Positions 33,680 through 42,464 of a DNA stretch of 53,024 nucleotides are shown here, one piece after another (within the stretch, counting starts at the first letter, position 1; each line of letters starts with the position of its first letter). The notes beneath the pieces are model-generated. The model was not told the origin of the DNA, ran no database searches, and saw only the letters and a list, made by a program, of their open reading frames with translations. Source of the DNA: a virus (lineage: Duplodnaviria; Caudoviricetes); IMG/VR virus record IMGVR_UViG_3300037961_002462, positions 1-53,024 of that record; one strand, given 5' to 3'. A program made the translations under genes and the position numbers.

Positions 33680-34710
33680 AAAAAATATTAATATTTATTT
33701 TTCTATTACTACCTTTGTTTGGTAAATCACAAATAGATATAGAAAAGATTTTTAAATTTTCTACATTCTATGCAGCTGTTAATGGTGGTACATCTGTTTC
33801 AGATGTTGAAATATTTTCTGTACAAGATGGTTTAACTACTGAAACAATACAAACACCGTATGACTTTAATCTTACTGTAGGTATCAGAAAGATAGCTAGG
33901 TTTGGTTACGAAAACAAAGCAAATACATTTTATGATGGTACAGAATCTAATTATAGTGACGCTGCTACTATTGGTAAAGTAAAAGGACCTGAGTTTTTAT
34001 TTCAAATAGATTACAAAAGACAAGAGGGTGTAGAGTATTTGGACCAACATCATTTTGTTAGACACACAGTATATGACTACATATTAAAAGCTGAGTATCT
34101 TGTTGATGGTTTTGCAGATGTAGAATATTTTGAAACATCACAAAGATATAAGTATAAGGTAGGGGGGTTTGTTTTTAATGGTGGTATTGTACAACGTATA
34201 GCAGAACCATATGGATATGACCCATTAGACCAATGGAAGTTAGATAATGGTGGTATACATTATACATACTTAGCATTACAAGAAGGATATAATGTAGATG
34301 TATATCATGAAATGTATTATAACTCTAATGGTGATTTAGTAGCTACATCTAATGATGTTTGGGAACAAGTGGTAATACCAGATGTACTATCTCAATATAC
34401 AGAAAGAAAGAGAAATGAATTAGATAGAATATGGAATCATTCTATAGTTATTGGTTTTGATTATTATTACTATAAAAAAGATTTTTGGATACATAGTTGG
34501 GGTAACTTATTGCCTTGGCATTATAATGATGGTAATGATTTTAATTATCATTATGATGTAGATGGACAATGGTACGATTATTCAGGAGGTTTGATATTTG
34601 GACAGAAATTTACAAAACAATTTGGTATCTTTGTAGAAGGTAAATACAATAAGTATTGGAATAGAGAATGGTATGATTTTAAATTAGGATTAAATTACGT
34701 AATAAGATAA
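33676..34710 (+). CDS. Putative outer-membrane beta-barrel protein (344 aa)
   Basis: Signal peptide MKKILIFIFLLLPLFGKS/Q; aromatic-rich alternating strands; C-terminal FGIFVEGKYNKYW...DFKLGLNYVIR beta-signal-like end. Confidence 0.65.
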   Translation: MKKILIFIFLLLPLFGKSQIDIEKIFKFSTFYAAVNGGTSVSDVEIFSVQDGLTTETIQTPYDFNLTVGIRKIARFGYENKANTFYDGTESNYSDAATIGKVKGPEFLFQIDYKRQEGVEYLDQHHFVRHTVYDYILKAEYLVDGFADVEYFETSQRYKYKVGGFVFNGGIVQRIAEPYGYDPLDQWKLDNGGIHYTYLALQEGYNVDVYHEMYYNSNGDLVATSNDVWEQVVIPDVLSQYTERKRNELDRIWNHSIVIGFDYYYYKKDFWIHSWGNLLPWHYNDGNDFNYHYDVDGQWYDYSGGLIFGQKFTKQFGIFVEGKYNKYWNREWYDFKLGLNYVIR

Positions 34711-34994
34711 TGGCAATAATAGGATATGTAGATAATATACCAGTGTTTGAAACACCAATAGAAGCTTTACAGTATGGTAATACCAATGGATTAGTTGGAT
34801 ACCATACACACAATATAAATGGTGTTGTTGGATATATGGCAGGGCCAACACATGGTCAAGCCGCTTCAGGTTCACAGGGTAGTATGACAAGTAATTTTAT
34901 TAGTACAGGTAGTAGTAGTACACCAGAAGGTAGTTCAAGTAGTGGTTCACAAGGAGCTCCGTCTTTTGGTGGTGGTGAAAAAGGAGGATATTAA
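34710..34994 (+). CDS. Small protein with GYHTH...YMAG.TH motif and Ser/Gly-rich tail (94 aa)
   Basis: TAATG overlap with the upstream gene; His cluster suggests metal binding. Confidence 0.6.
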   Translation: MAIIGYVDNIPVFETPIEALQYGNTNGLVGYHTHNINGVVGYMAGPTHGQAASGSQGSMTSNFISTGSSSTPEGSSSSGSQGAPSFGGGEKGGY

Positions 34995-34995
34995 T

Positions 34996-36387
34996 ATGAG
35001 TAATGGACCATATACATTAACAACTTCAGGAGAAGGTTTAGGACCAGGACCAGATAGAAGGTATCAGTTTCCTGTTGAATTTGGTATGATGAAAAATATA
35101 CCATTTCAATATGATTTTGGTGAGTTTGGACCACCTGAGGCAAAATTAGGAAGAGATGGTAGAATAACTTTTACAGGACCTGTAGTCAGACCTACTTATA
35201 AAAAAGGTAAGAAAAAAGGTGAATACAGACCATTAGCTAAACAACAAACTGTTAAGTATAAACCTAATGAATTAGGAGCGACAATTAAAGTAAAAGAAAC
35301 TCCATTACAACGTACAAGAAAAAGAAGATTTACAGAAGATTTTAATTATCAAGGAGATTATAGTACAAGAGATGTTAGAAGGTTTAATAGATTAAGAAAA
35401 AAAGGGTTTCAAAGTCCATTATCTAGTAAGGGTTATAAAAAAATATTAGACCCTGATACAGAACCATATAGATTACATGTACCTGTTATTGGTCAAGCTC
35501 CAGACTTAATAAATAGATTAGTAAGTTTTACTAAAAGAGGTATGCAATTAGGTGGAGAGTATGGTCCAATAGCAGGTGGTGATTATACAGATGTTACAAG
35601 AACAAATGTTAATCCGTCTGATGGTTTTTCGTTATTTACTAGAGGAAGATTAAATCCTAATATTACGTATGGACTTGAAGGGACAAAAAAAAGAGGAGGT
35701 AGTAGTCCTTTTAATACAGTATTAGGAATGACTTTGGGTGGAATGGCAGGATTTGGTACACTTTTTCCTGCTAGTGGTTCTGAACAAAGTTATTTAAATC
35801 TACCTATTAAAGGTAGGTTTACTAAAAATAAATTTTTAAATACTATATTTCCAGGTTTTGAAGATTATGCAGCACAAGGAGACAGTCCAAGTGGTAGGGA
35901 CGATGTTACAGTTACGAATTATGGAGGTAGTTTAAATATACCTATTTTAGGAGTTTCTACAAATAGAGGCCAAAAAAATATAATAGATATGGGAGTATAC
36001 GGCAGTCAATATAGTAATCAACGATATAGTAATCAAAGACTTTCCAAAATACATCCACTAATTCCTTTTACAGGTAGATATACTATAGGAGGTGATGATA
36101 AAGGAGCTCCAGATTATAGTGGTAATATTTTTAAAGATATAGGACAATATGTATATAAAGGTGGTTTAGATAAAAATTTAAGGTCATTTGGATATCCCTA
36201 TGGAGCGTCATTTGAAACACCAATACCATTATTACCACCATATGCAAATGTATTTGACCCTGGTAGATTTAATGTAAAAAGAACAAAAGAAGTAATATAT
36301 AATCCACAAGGTGGTTTGAATGAAATGACAATATATAACACGAGGCCTGGGAGATTTACAACAACAGATAGAAATTTTGTATATTAA
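34996..36387 (+). CDS. Hypothetical basic Gly/Pro/Phe-rich protein (463 aa; start revised from 34942)
   Basis: ATG 1 nt after the previous stop; no recognisable domain. Confidence 0.65.
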   Translation: MSNGPYTLTTSGEGLGPGPDRRYQFPVEFGMMKNIPFQYDFGEFGPPEAKLGRDGRITFTGPVVRPTYKKGKKKGEYRPLAKQQTVKYKPNELGATIKVKETPLQRTRKRRFTEDFNYQGDYSTRDVRRFNRLRKKGFQSPLSSKGYKKILDPDTEPYRLHVPVIGQAPDLINRLVSFTKRGMQLGGEYGPIAGGDYTDVTRTNVNPSDGFSLFTRGRLNPNITYGLEGTKKRGGSSPFNTVLGMTLGGMAGFGTLFPASGSEQSYLNLPIKGRFTKNKFLNTIFPGFEDYAAQGDSPSGRDDVTVTNYGGSLNIPILGVSTNRGQKNIIDMGVYGSQYSNQRYSNQRLSKIHPLIPFTGRYTIGGDDKGAPDYSGNIFKDIGQYVYKGGLDKNLRSFGYPYGASFETPIPLLPPYANVFDPGRFNVKRTKEVIYNPQGGLNEMTIYNTRPGRFTTTDRNFVY

Positions 36388-36403
36388 TAAAAATTAAAAA
36401 ATT

Positions 36404-36829
36404 ATGAGTATCTTTACAAAAATATTTACAGGGAGTGCTGACAAGATAATTAATTCTGTCGGTAACGTATTAGACGAGGTAATAACTACACAGGAAGAAA
36501 AAGACGCAGCTAAGTTAGCTATACAGAAAGTACTATTAGAAGCAGAAAAAGATGCTTTTGCTAAAGAAGTAGAAGATAGAAAGTCTGCACGTGATATGTA
36601 TAAAGATGATGCAATGATACAAAAAATTCTTGCAACATTGTTTACGGTAGCATACTTTGGTATTACATTTGTAATGTTTAGTTATTTTGTAACTAAATCA
36701 ATAGACTTAGGTGAGTTTGAAATAAGTTTTATATCTACAATTTTTGGTGCTATGTCATCTAAAGTTAATACGATAATAGACTTTTTCTTTGGTGGTAGTA
36801 GTAAGAAAAGTGAACCTGTAAAAAAATAA
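36404..36829 (+). CDS. Holin (3TM GTA-holin-like)
   Basis: EVEDRKSARDM motif, two hydrophobic helices and FFFGGSS ending; two genes upstream of the endolysin. Confidence 0.7.
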   Translation: MSIFTKIFTGSADKIINSVGNVLDEVITTQEEKDAAKLAIQKVLLEAEKDAFAKEVEDRKSARDMYKDDAMIQKILATLFTVAYFGITFVMFSYFVTKSIDLGEFEISFISTIFGAMSSKVNTIIDFFFGGSSKKSEPVKK

Positions 36830-36832
36830 ATT

Positions 36833-37168
36833 ATGGCAAAAACACCAGCTTGGCAAAGAAAAGAAGGTAAAAATCCTTCAGGTGGTTTGAACGCAAAAGG
36901 TCGTGCATCATTAAGAGCTAAAGGACAAAATATAAAAGCACCTGTAACAACTAAACCTTCTAAACTAAAAAAAGGTTCTAAAGCTGCAAAACGTAGAAAA
37001 TCTTTTTGTGCACGTATGAAGGGTATGAAAAAAAGATTAACATCTGCAAAAACAGCTAGAGACCCTAATTCAAGAATTAATAAAGCATTAAGAAAATGGA
37101 ATTGTGCACATGGATGTGCAATGCCTAGAAAAAATAATTATTCATCAATGAGACCACAACTAGACTAA
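36833..37168 (+). CDS. DUF6321-like highly basic phage protein
   Basis: WQRKEGKNPSGGLNAKGRAS...RRKSFCARMKG...DPNSRINKALRKWNC family signature. Confidence 0.75.
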   Translation: MAKTPAWQRKEGKNPSGGLNAKGRASLRAKGQNIKAPVTTKPSKLKKGSKAAKRRKSFCARMKGMKKRLTSAKTARDPNSRINKALRKWNCAHGCAMPRKNNYSSMRPQLD

Positions 37169-37662
37169 TGGCAAAAATAAGCGACCACATAACATATCAC
37201 GAGGCTACCTATAGTAGAACTGGTGAAAGATTAAATTTAGACAATACACCGAATCCTAAACAATTAAAATGTATGGCAGAAGTAGCAGAAAATCTGTTTG
37301 AACCATTACGTAAGTGGGTTGGTGGACCTATAAAAGTAAATAGTTTTTTTAGGGGGGAACCTGTAAATACAGCTATAGGCGGTAGTAAACATTCACAACA
37401 CATGAAAGGTCAAGCTATAGATATAGATGACACGTTTGGACATAAAACAAACGCAGAAATGTATCATTATATAAAAGATAATCTAGAATTTGACCAAATG
37501 GTATGGGAGTTTGGTGGTGAGTATCCTGATGGTAACCCTAACTGGGTACATATTAGTTGGGTATCACATAGACCAAATAGAAAACAAGAAGTAATTGCTA
37601 TCAAAAAAAATGGTAGAACTAAGTATATTAAAGATATAGAGGATTATTTAAAAAATAAATAA
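37168..37662 (+). CDS. Endolysin, peptidase M15A/M15_3 family
   Basis: PIKVNSFFR...N.AIGGS..SQHMKGQAIDID...WVHIS. Confidence 0.88.
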   Translation: MAKISDHITYHEATYSRTGERLNLDNTPNPKQLKCMAEVAENLFEPLRKWVGGPIKVNSFFRGEPVNTAIGGSKHSQHMKGQAIDIDDTFGHKTNAEMYHYIKDNLEFDQMVWEFGGEYPDGNPNWVHISWVSHRPNRKQEVIAIKKNGRTKYIKDIEDYLKNK

Positions 37663-37675
37663 AATAATTTTATAC

Positions 37676-37942
37676 ATGAAAAAAAAGACAAATCAAAAGG
37701 GTGTAATTTTTAATGACATGTATAAAAATGCATATTATATTATTATGGGAAGATTAGTTGTAGATGATTTGTTGGATTATAATGGTTGTGCATTACCATT
37801 TATACCATATTCTAAGAATGATGAAATTAAAGAAGAAATATATGATGATATAATAAATCACTTTATAACTACTGAAGAATACGAGAAGTGTGCAGATATA
37901 AAAAAAATAAAAGATAGTATATATAATAATAAAAATTCTTAA
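37676..37942 (+). CDS. Hypothetical protein with UVR-like C-terminal hairpin (88 aa)
   Basis: FITTEEYEKCADIKKIKD resembles the UvrB/UvrC (E.YE.AA..RD) motif. Confidence 0.55.
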   Translation: MKKKTNQKGVIFNDMYKNAYYIIMGRLVVDDLLDYNGCALPFIPYSKNDEIKEEIYDDIINHFITTEEYEKCADIKKIKDSIYNNKNS

Positions 37943-37947
37943 CTTTG
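37940..37947 (+). promoter_or_regulatory. Bacteroidota -7 promoter element
   Basis: TAACTTTG ends 15 nt before ATG 37963. Confidence 0.5.
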
Positions 37948-37962
37948 TAAAAAATTAAAAAA

Positions 37963-38352
37963 ATGCCTAAAAATTATACATTTAACGCAAATATAAATAT
38001 GACAGCCAACTCATCTACTGGATACAGTCAGTCACAGAGTGGTTCATATACATTAAATATTACAGGTGTAGACCAAATAGCTACAGGTAGAATAGATGTA
38101 GCTCATGATGGTGACTCAACAGTAATGGCAGCCCCAGGTAGTGGTAGGGTAATATATGTTAAAAATTTAGATGATACTAATTTTGTAAAAATATATGACG
38201 GAGCTTCAAGTGCTAATGATTTAATTGGTATATTAAGACCAGGTGAATTTTTATGTACAATTATAAGAGGAACAGGAACAACAACAGCAAAAGCAGATAC
38301 AGCTACAGTAACAATTGAATATGCTGCAGTAGAAATAGACGCAAACGCATAA
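37963..38352 (+). CDS. Small beta-sandwich virion protein, paralogue family member 2
   Basis: IYVKNLDDTNFV...LRPGEF. Confidence 0.55.
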   Translation: MPKNYTFNANINMTANSSTGYSQSQSGSYTLNITGVDQIATGRIDVAHDGDSTVMAAPGSGRVIYVKNLDDTNFVKIYDGASSANDLIGILRPGEFLCTIIRGTGTTTAKADTATVTIEYAAVEIDANA

Positions 38353-38367
38353 TAAAAATATTTAAAT

Positions 38368-38796
38368 ATGGCAACACAATCATTATCAGTAACAGTTTCA
38401 GCTAGTTTATCATTAGTTGATTCAGATGGAAATACAGTATTTACATTTTCACCTAGTTTTACGACGGCAAGCACTACTGTAGATTCAGCTTTAATATCTA
38501 CAGGAGAAATATTAACAAATGGTACAAGTGATACTACAATTAATTTAGCTAGTCACAATAAAGACTTAATATATACATTTATTAAAAACGTAGATACAGA
38601 TTATCCTGTTGCAGTTAAACCAGATGGAGATGTTATAGCAGATTTAAAACCAGGTGAATGTTTCTTTTCACCTATACATGTTGATGGAGCTGGAGATGGT
38701 TCTGCAAATTTAGACCTTGCTGCTACAACAGCTGCACAAAAAGTACAATACCTTATATGTGATGGTCCAGATACAGGTATAAGTTCTGACGACTAA
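38368..38796 (+). CDS. Small beta-sandwich virion protein, paralogue family member 3
   Basis: TFIKNVDTDYPV...LKPGECF. Confidence 0.55.
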   Translation: MATQSLSVTVSASLSLVDSDGNTVFTFSPSFTTASTTVDSALISTGEILTNGTSDTTINLASHNKDLIYTFIKNVDTDYPVAVKPDGDVIADLKPGECFFSPIHVDGAGDGSANLDLAATTAAQKVQYLICDGPDTGISSDD

Positions 38797-38804
38797 TACA
38801 TAGT

Positions 38805-39347
38805 ATGCCTTTAATTAAAGACAAGGATAGGTATAAAAAGTTAGTTAACGTAGATAAAACAAAAACCTACGAACCTAGACAAACTGGTAACGTAGTAACT
38901 AACGTCACACAACGAAATAGACAGATGGCCACTGACAAACAAAAGTCAGAGGTCATTTCTGTTTCAAATAACAATAATTTTGTAGAATCCTTAATTACAC
39001 CCACGTCAAGTACTGTACAAACACTAACATCAATTAATCAAAATCAATCTTTGATAGATGTTATAATGTACAATATGAGCAGTGGTAATGCTGTGGTAGA
39101 GTTCGGATGGACACATACAAATCCAGAATCAATAACTTTTGCTGGTGACACTGTAGTTGTAGATGCATTAATTGCACCATTGTTTAGAGCTACAGTAGCA
39201 GCTGCTGGGACTGTGTCTTTAAAATCACAAATAGAAAATGCAAGGAGTACAACAGAAATTAGTGTGTTTAACAATGTAAACAAAACTGTATATTTTATAA
39301 TAAGAACAGAAGACCAGTTTGCTGTAACATATACAACTACACGTTAA
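38805..39347 (+). CDS. Hypothetical beta-rich protein (180 aa), possibly structural
   Basis: ORF track; co-oriented, Thr/Ser/Val-rich. Confidence 0.55.
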   Translation: MPLIKDKDRYKKLVNVDKTKTYEPRQTGNVVTNVTQRNRQMATDKQKSEVISVSNNNNFVESLITPTSSTVQTLTSINQNQSLIDVIMYNMSSGNAVVEFGWTHTNPESITFAGDTVVVDALIAPLFRATVAAAGTVSLKSQIENARSTTEISVFNNVNKTVYFIIRTEDQFAVTYTTTR

Positions 39348-39366
39348 TAACTTTGTTAATAACTTT
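39343..39366. repeat. 12-nt direct repeat GTTAATAACTTT x2, overlapping a TAACTTTG -7 box; DnaA-box-like
   Basis: GTTAATAACTTT GTTAATAACTTT followed by an AT-rich tract; TGTTAATAA is TTATTAACA on the other strand. Confidence 0.6.
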
Positions 39367-39436
39367 TTTTTAATCATTTCTTTTTCAGTCATTTAAAAAA
39401 TAATTTTATAGACATATAACAAAAACCTATAAATTT

Positions 39437-40720
39437 ATGAATTTAGTTGATAAAATAAAGAAATATCTCACAGACAATCCTCATCTTTTGACTAGTAAAT
39501 ATGCAGATACTGCAAAAAAATTTGGGACTAATTACGAACAAATAAGAGCTATAGCGAGAAGAATAAGAGAAAAGAATCCTGATAATATGCCGAAAGAAAA
39601 AGAGGTATATAATTTCCAAGAATCAAAACAACAAGCTATAGCTACAGCAGAAAACTGTACACGTGTAAAATCTTTAGAAGATTTACTTATACAATGTAAA
39701 GTTGATTTGGATAAATGGTATGTAGAGAAATATGATATAGGTACTTATGAGGTAACAGGTTTTGACAAAGAACGTAATCCTGTTACTATTACTATGTATA
39801 GAAGTAAAGCGTTTCTTAAACCTGTACAAGAAGAGTTCAATGTAAAGTTAATTAAAGAACAAATTAAAGAAGATTTATCAGATATATCACCTTTAGTGGC
39901 AAAAAAAGAAAGGAATAGAAATGATAAAAAAGATAAATATCTATTAGAAATATCTGCGTTTGATTTACATTTAGGTAAAATAGGTATTAAAGGTGACAAA
40001 TACGATTTAAAAATCGCTGAAGAAAGATTAGTAAATGCAGTAGAACACTTATTATATAGAGCACAGGGTTATTATATAGATAAAATATTGTTTATTGCGG
40101 GTCATGACTTTTTAAATGCAGATGGTGACTGGCCTATACCAGCTACTACAAAAGGTACACCACAGTTTAATAGTGACTATCATATAGACATGTATAGAGC
40201 AGGTAGGAAGTTATTAATAAAAGTTATAAACTATTTAGCAGAAGTAGCCCCTGTACATGTTATGATTATACCAGGTAATCATGATAGAGAATCTATGATG
40301 CATTTAGGTGATACATTAGAACTGTATTTTGAAAATCATAAAGATGTTAAAGTAGACAATGGTGATAGTTTAATGAAAATGTTAGTATATGGTAAAAATA
40401 TGGTTGTATCAGACCATGGTGATGGGCCTAAAACAAACGATTTACCAGGTATTATATCACAACGATATAAAAATGCTTGGAGTGATGTAGACTATGTTGA
40501 AGTACATAGAGGTCATTTACACACTAACAAGTCCACAAAACTACAAGCAATTGAAGAACTGCAAGGCATTACAGTTCGTAATCTATCGTCTATGTCTGCT
40601 ACAGACTATTGGCACGATAGTAAAGGTTACATAGGTAATATTAAGAAAGCACAAGCTTTTCTTTACCATAGAATAAACGGTTTACAAGGTATACTTAATT
40701 ATAATGTAGAAATTAATTAG
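39437..40720 (+). CDS. Calcineurin-like metallophosphoesterase with N-terminal HTH-like region (427 aa)
   Basis: DLHLG, GHDFLNAD, GNHD, HGD and GHLH motifs in canonical order. Confidence 0.85.
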   Translation: MNLVDKIKKYLTDNPHLLTSKYADTAKKFGTNYEQIRAIARRIREKNPDNMPKEKEVYNFQESKQQAIATAENCTRVKSLEDLLIQCKVDLDKWYVEKYDIGTYEVTGFDKERNPVTITMYRSKAFLKPVQEEFNVKLIKEQIKEDLSDISPLVAKKERNRNDKKDKYLLEISAFDLHLGKIGIKGDKYDLKIAEERLVNAVEHLLYRAQGYYIDKILFIAGHDFLNADGDWPIPATTKGTPQFNSDYHIDMYRAGRKLLIKVINYLAEVAPVHVMIIPGNHDRESMMHLGDTLELYFENHKDVKVDNGDSLMKMLVYGKNMVVSDHGDGPKTNDLPGIISQRYKNAWSDVDYVEVHRGHLHTNKSTKLQAIEELQGITVRNLSSMSATDYWHDSKGYIGNIKKAQAFLYHRINGLQGILNYNVEIN

Positions 40721-41046
40721 ATATAAGCTCCAGTTATGTTATCTCTAATTTGTTCATTACGTTGAACTTCAGTGTATTCTTTTGTTCTATTTTTAAATCC
40801 AACACGAGCATGTATCTTTAAACCAATAACCACAACATCTTGTTCTAGAGGTTTTTTAGGGTTTATTTTATGTATATCTCTTTTATGTGTTATATAATCT
40901 AAATGTGGGTATGTATCATCGTACTCAATTCCAAATACTACATTGTACAATGTTTTTGTTTCAGTTTTTGTTCTGTTTCTAAATTTACGTTGCCATTGGT
41001 ACGTAATATCACAAAACACTATTTCTCCTAATTGTATATTATCCAT
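40717..41046 (-). CDS. Hypothetical protein (109 aa), last gene of the - strand block
   Basis: ORF track; stop overlaps the convergent phosphoesterase stop by 4 nt. Confidence 0.65.
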   Translation of the reverse strand: MDNIQLGEIVFCDITYQWQRKFRNRTKTETKTLYNVVFGIEYDDTYPHLDYITHKRDIHKINPKKPLEQDVVVIGLKIHARVGFKNRTKEYTEVQRNEQIRDNITGAYI

Positions 41047-41050
41047 AATT

Positions 41051-41129
41051 AAAAAAACAGGCGAGGAAATGTAATTACCCCAAAGTATAACAGCAGTGTT
41101 ATTATTAAATATTACTAACCCCGCCTGTT
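41051..41129 (-). other. Long structured intergenic hairpin with U-tail
   Basis: Minus strand AACAGGCGGGG...CCTCGCCTGTT-TTTTT (11 bp, one G-U) enclosing an inner ATAACA/TGTTAT stem. Confidence 0.65.
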
Positions 41130-41139
41130 GACAAACAAC

Positions 41140-41232
41140 TTATTTATTTTCTTTTCTTCCTTCATCAAAACCCCAGGCAAATCCAATCATGATAAATCCA
41201 ATTGCACAAAATACGTAAAATACTTCAGTCAT
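41140..41232 (-). CDS. 30-aa single-TM peptide MTEVFYVFCAIGFIMIGFAWGFDEGRKENK
   Basis: Hand-translated; TAATG coupling to the MTase stop. Confidence 0.6.
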   Translation of the reverse strand: MTEVFYVFCAIGFIMIGFAWGFDEGRKENK

Positions 41233-42050
41233 TAGTAATTCATTATTAAGAGTTCTTCACCTTTGTTTTGTTTTTTACCTTTAGTTGCACCTGCAGCTTT
41301 AGTAAATTCTTTTGCAACCCATCTAAAATCTTTCTGTGGGTACATTTCTTCTAAACCTTCAAAATAATAATATGATAGTGCAAATTTACCATGTATATTT
41401 TTTAACCACACAGACAAATTTTCATGGTCCATAGAATCAAAATCATGATTACTATAATAGTTTTCTGTTTTGTAATATGGTGGGTCTAAATAGAAAAAAG
41501 TTTTGTTCGTGTCATACTTTGCTATACATTCTGTATAGTCATAATTAGTACAATCAGTTATTGCATGTAGTTTTTGCATTATATCTGGGTCATTTAATTT
41601 TTTGACAAATGTATCAAATTTACTTGTATATTTACCTTTTAAATCTATAAATTTAGATTTCATGATTTTACTACCACTAAAGACCTGTGTAGCTATGTAT
41701 GCGTATTTCATAGCCATATCAAATGAATAATCACTAAATCCAAGGTTACAAGTATTTTTGATTTCTTCTTGATATTTGTAAAACAATTCTTTGTCTTGTG
41801 ATTTAATACCACTTTCTATAATATGTTTTAAGAAAAAATGTGGTTCTGTACAACATTGGAATAAATTAACCATATATCTATTTACGTCATTGTAAACGAT
41901 TTTATTAATATTTGGTAATTGATGTATGTTGTTCTTTATATATACCCAGAATGCTCCTCCAAATACTTCAACATAGTTTTCTATGTCTTCTGGTATATAT
42001 TGGTTTATCCATTTAGCCATACGACTTTTACCACCTATATAACTAATCAT
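41232..42050 (-). CDS. DNA N6-adenine methyltransferase, Dam/D12 class
   Basis: YIGGKS, YVEVFGGA, YNDVN, FYLDPPY, ELLIMNY. Confidence 0.9.
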   Translation of the reverse strand: MISYIGGKSRMAKWINQYIPEDIENYVEVFGGAFWVYIKNNIHQLPNINKIVYNDVNRYMVNLFQCCTEPHFFLKHIIESGIKSQDKELFYKYQEEIKNTCNLGFSDYSFDMAMKYAYIATQVFSGSKIMKSKFIDLKGKYTSKFDTFVKKLNDPDIMQKLHAITDCTNYDYTECIAKYDTNKTFFYLDPPYYKTENYYSNHDFDSMDHENLSVWLKNIHGKFALSYYYFEGLEEMYPQKDFRWVAKEFTKAAGATKGKKQNKGEELLIMNY

Positions 42051-42144
42051 TGTTATTTATATTTTTATCTATTTCTTTTTCTATTTGTGTAGATACATAC
42101 ATACCTGACACAAATCCTGTTACAAATGTTATTATTGCTATCAT
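42043..42144 (-). CDS. 33-aa single-TM peptide MIAIITFVTGFVSGMYVSTQIEKEIDKNINNND
   Basis: Hand-translated; ATGA overlap with the upstream stop. Confidence 0.55.
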   Translation of the reverse strand: MIAIITFVTGFVSGMYVSTQIEKEIDKNINNND

Positions 42145-42464
42145 TGTTTTAGTTTTTCTAATTCAAACTCTAAGTGAGCTATAGCTTTTTCAATACAATT
42201 AATTGGTGTATCATGTTTTTTATAAGCTCGCAAAATGTATGTTACAGCTGTACCGCAATGATAAGACAAATCAAAATTATCACATACTTTTCTAGCTTCA
42301 TAACCTTCTTTACCTTTATAATATTTTGGTATTCTATGGTCACTTTGTAAACCACCTGTTCTTGTTTTACCATTATACTGGTTTGTATTACTTTGTTTTG
42401 CATTATCTAAATTTCTATCAAATTCATAATAATACTTGTTGTGTTTTTTATCTACCTTGTCCAC
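42141..42464 (-). CDS. DUF3310-like protein (T7 gp1.7-related putative nucleotide kinase domain); start uncertain, GTG at 42464 proposed
   Basis: PKYY.G..GYEA......G.AV.YI.RA.KK....IEKAI.HL pattern. The longer 42539 start would overlap another plausible gene. Confidence 0.65.
   Translation of the reverse strand: MDKVDKKHNKYYYEFDRNLDNAKQSNTNQYNGKTRTGGLQSDHRIPKYYKGKEGYEARKVCDNFDLSYHCGTAVTYILRAYKKHDTPINCIEKAIAHLEFELEKLKQ

Noticed and set aside
1134-39999. Numerous - strand ORFs in the track (e.g. 1134-1823, 27871-28491) and + strand ORFs beyond 42 kb
   Set aside because: They are antisense shadows of real genes, with Ser/Phe/Leu/Ile-biased composition and no motifs.
40717-40720. Integration site or mobile-element boundary at the strand switch
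   Set aside because: No integrase, att-like repeat or transposase; it is a simple convergent gene junction.
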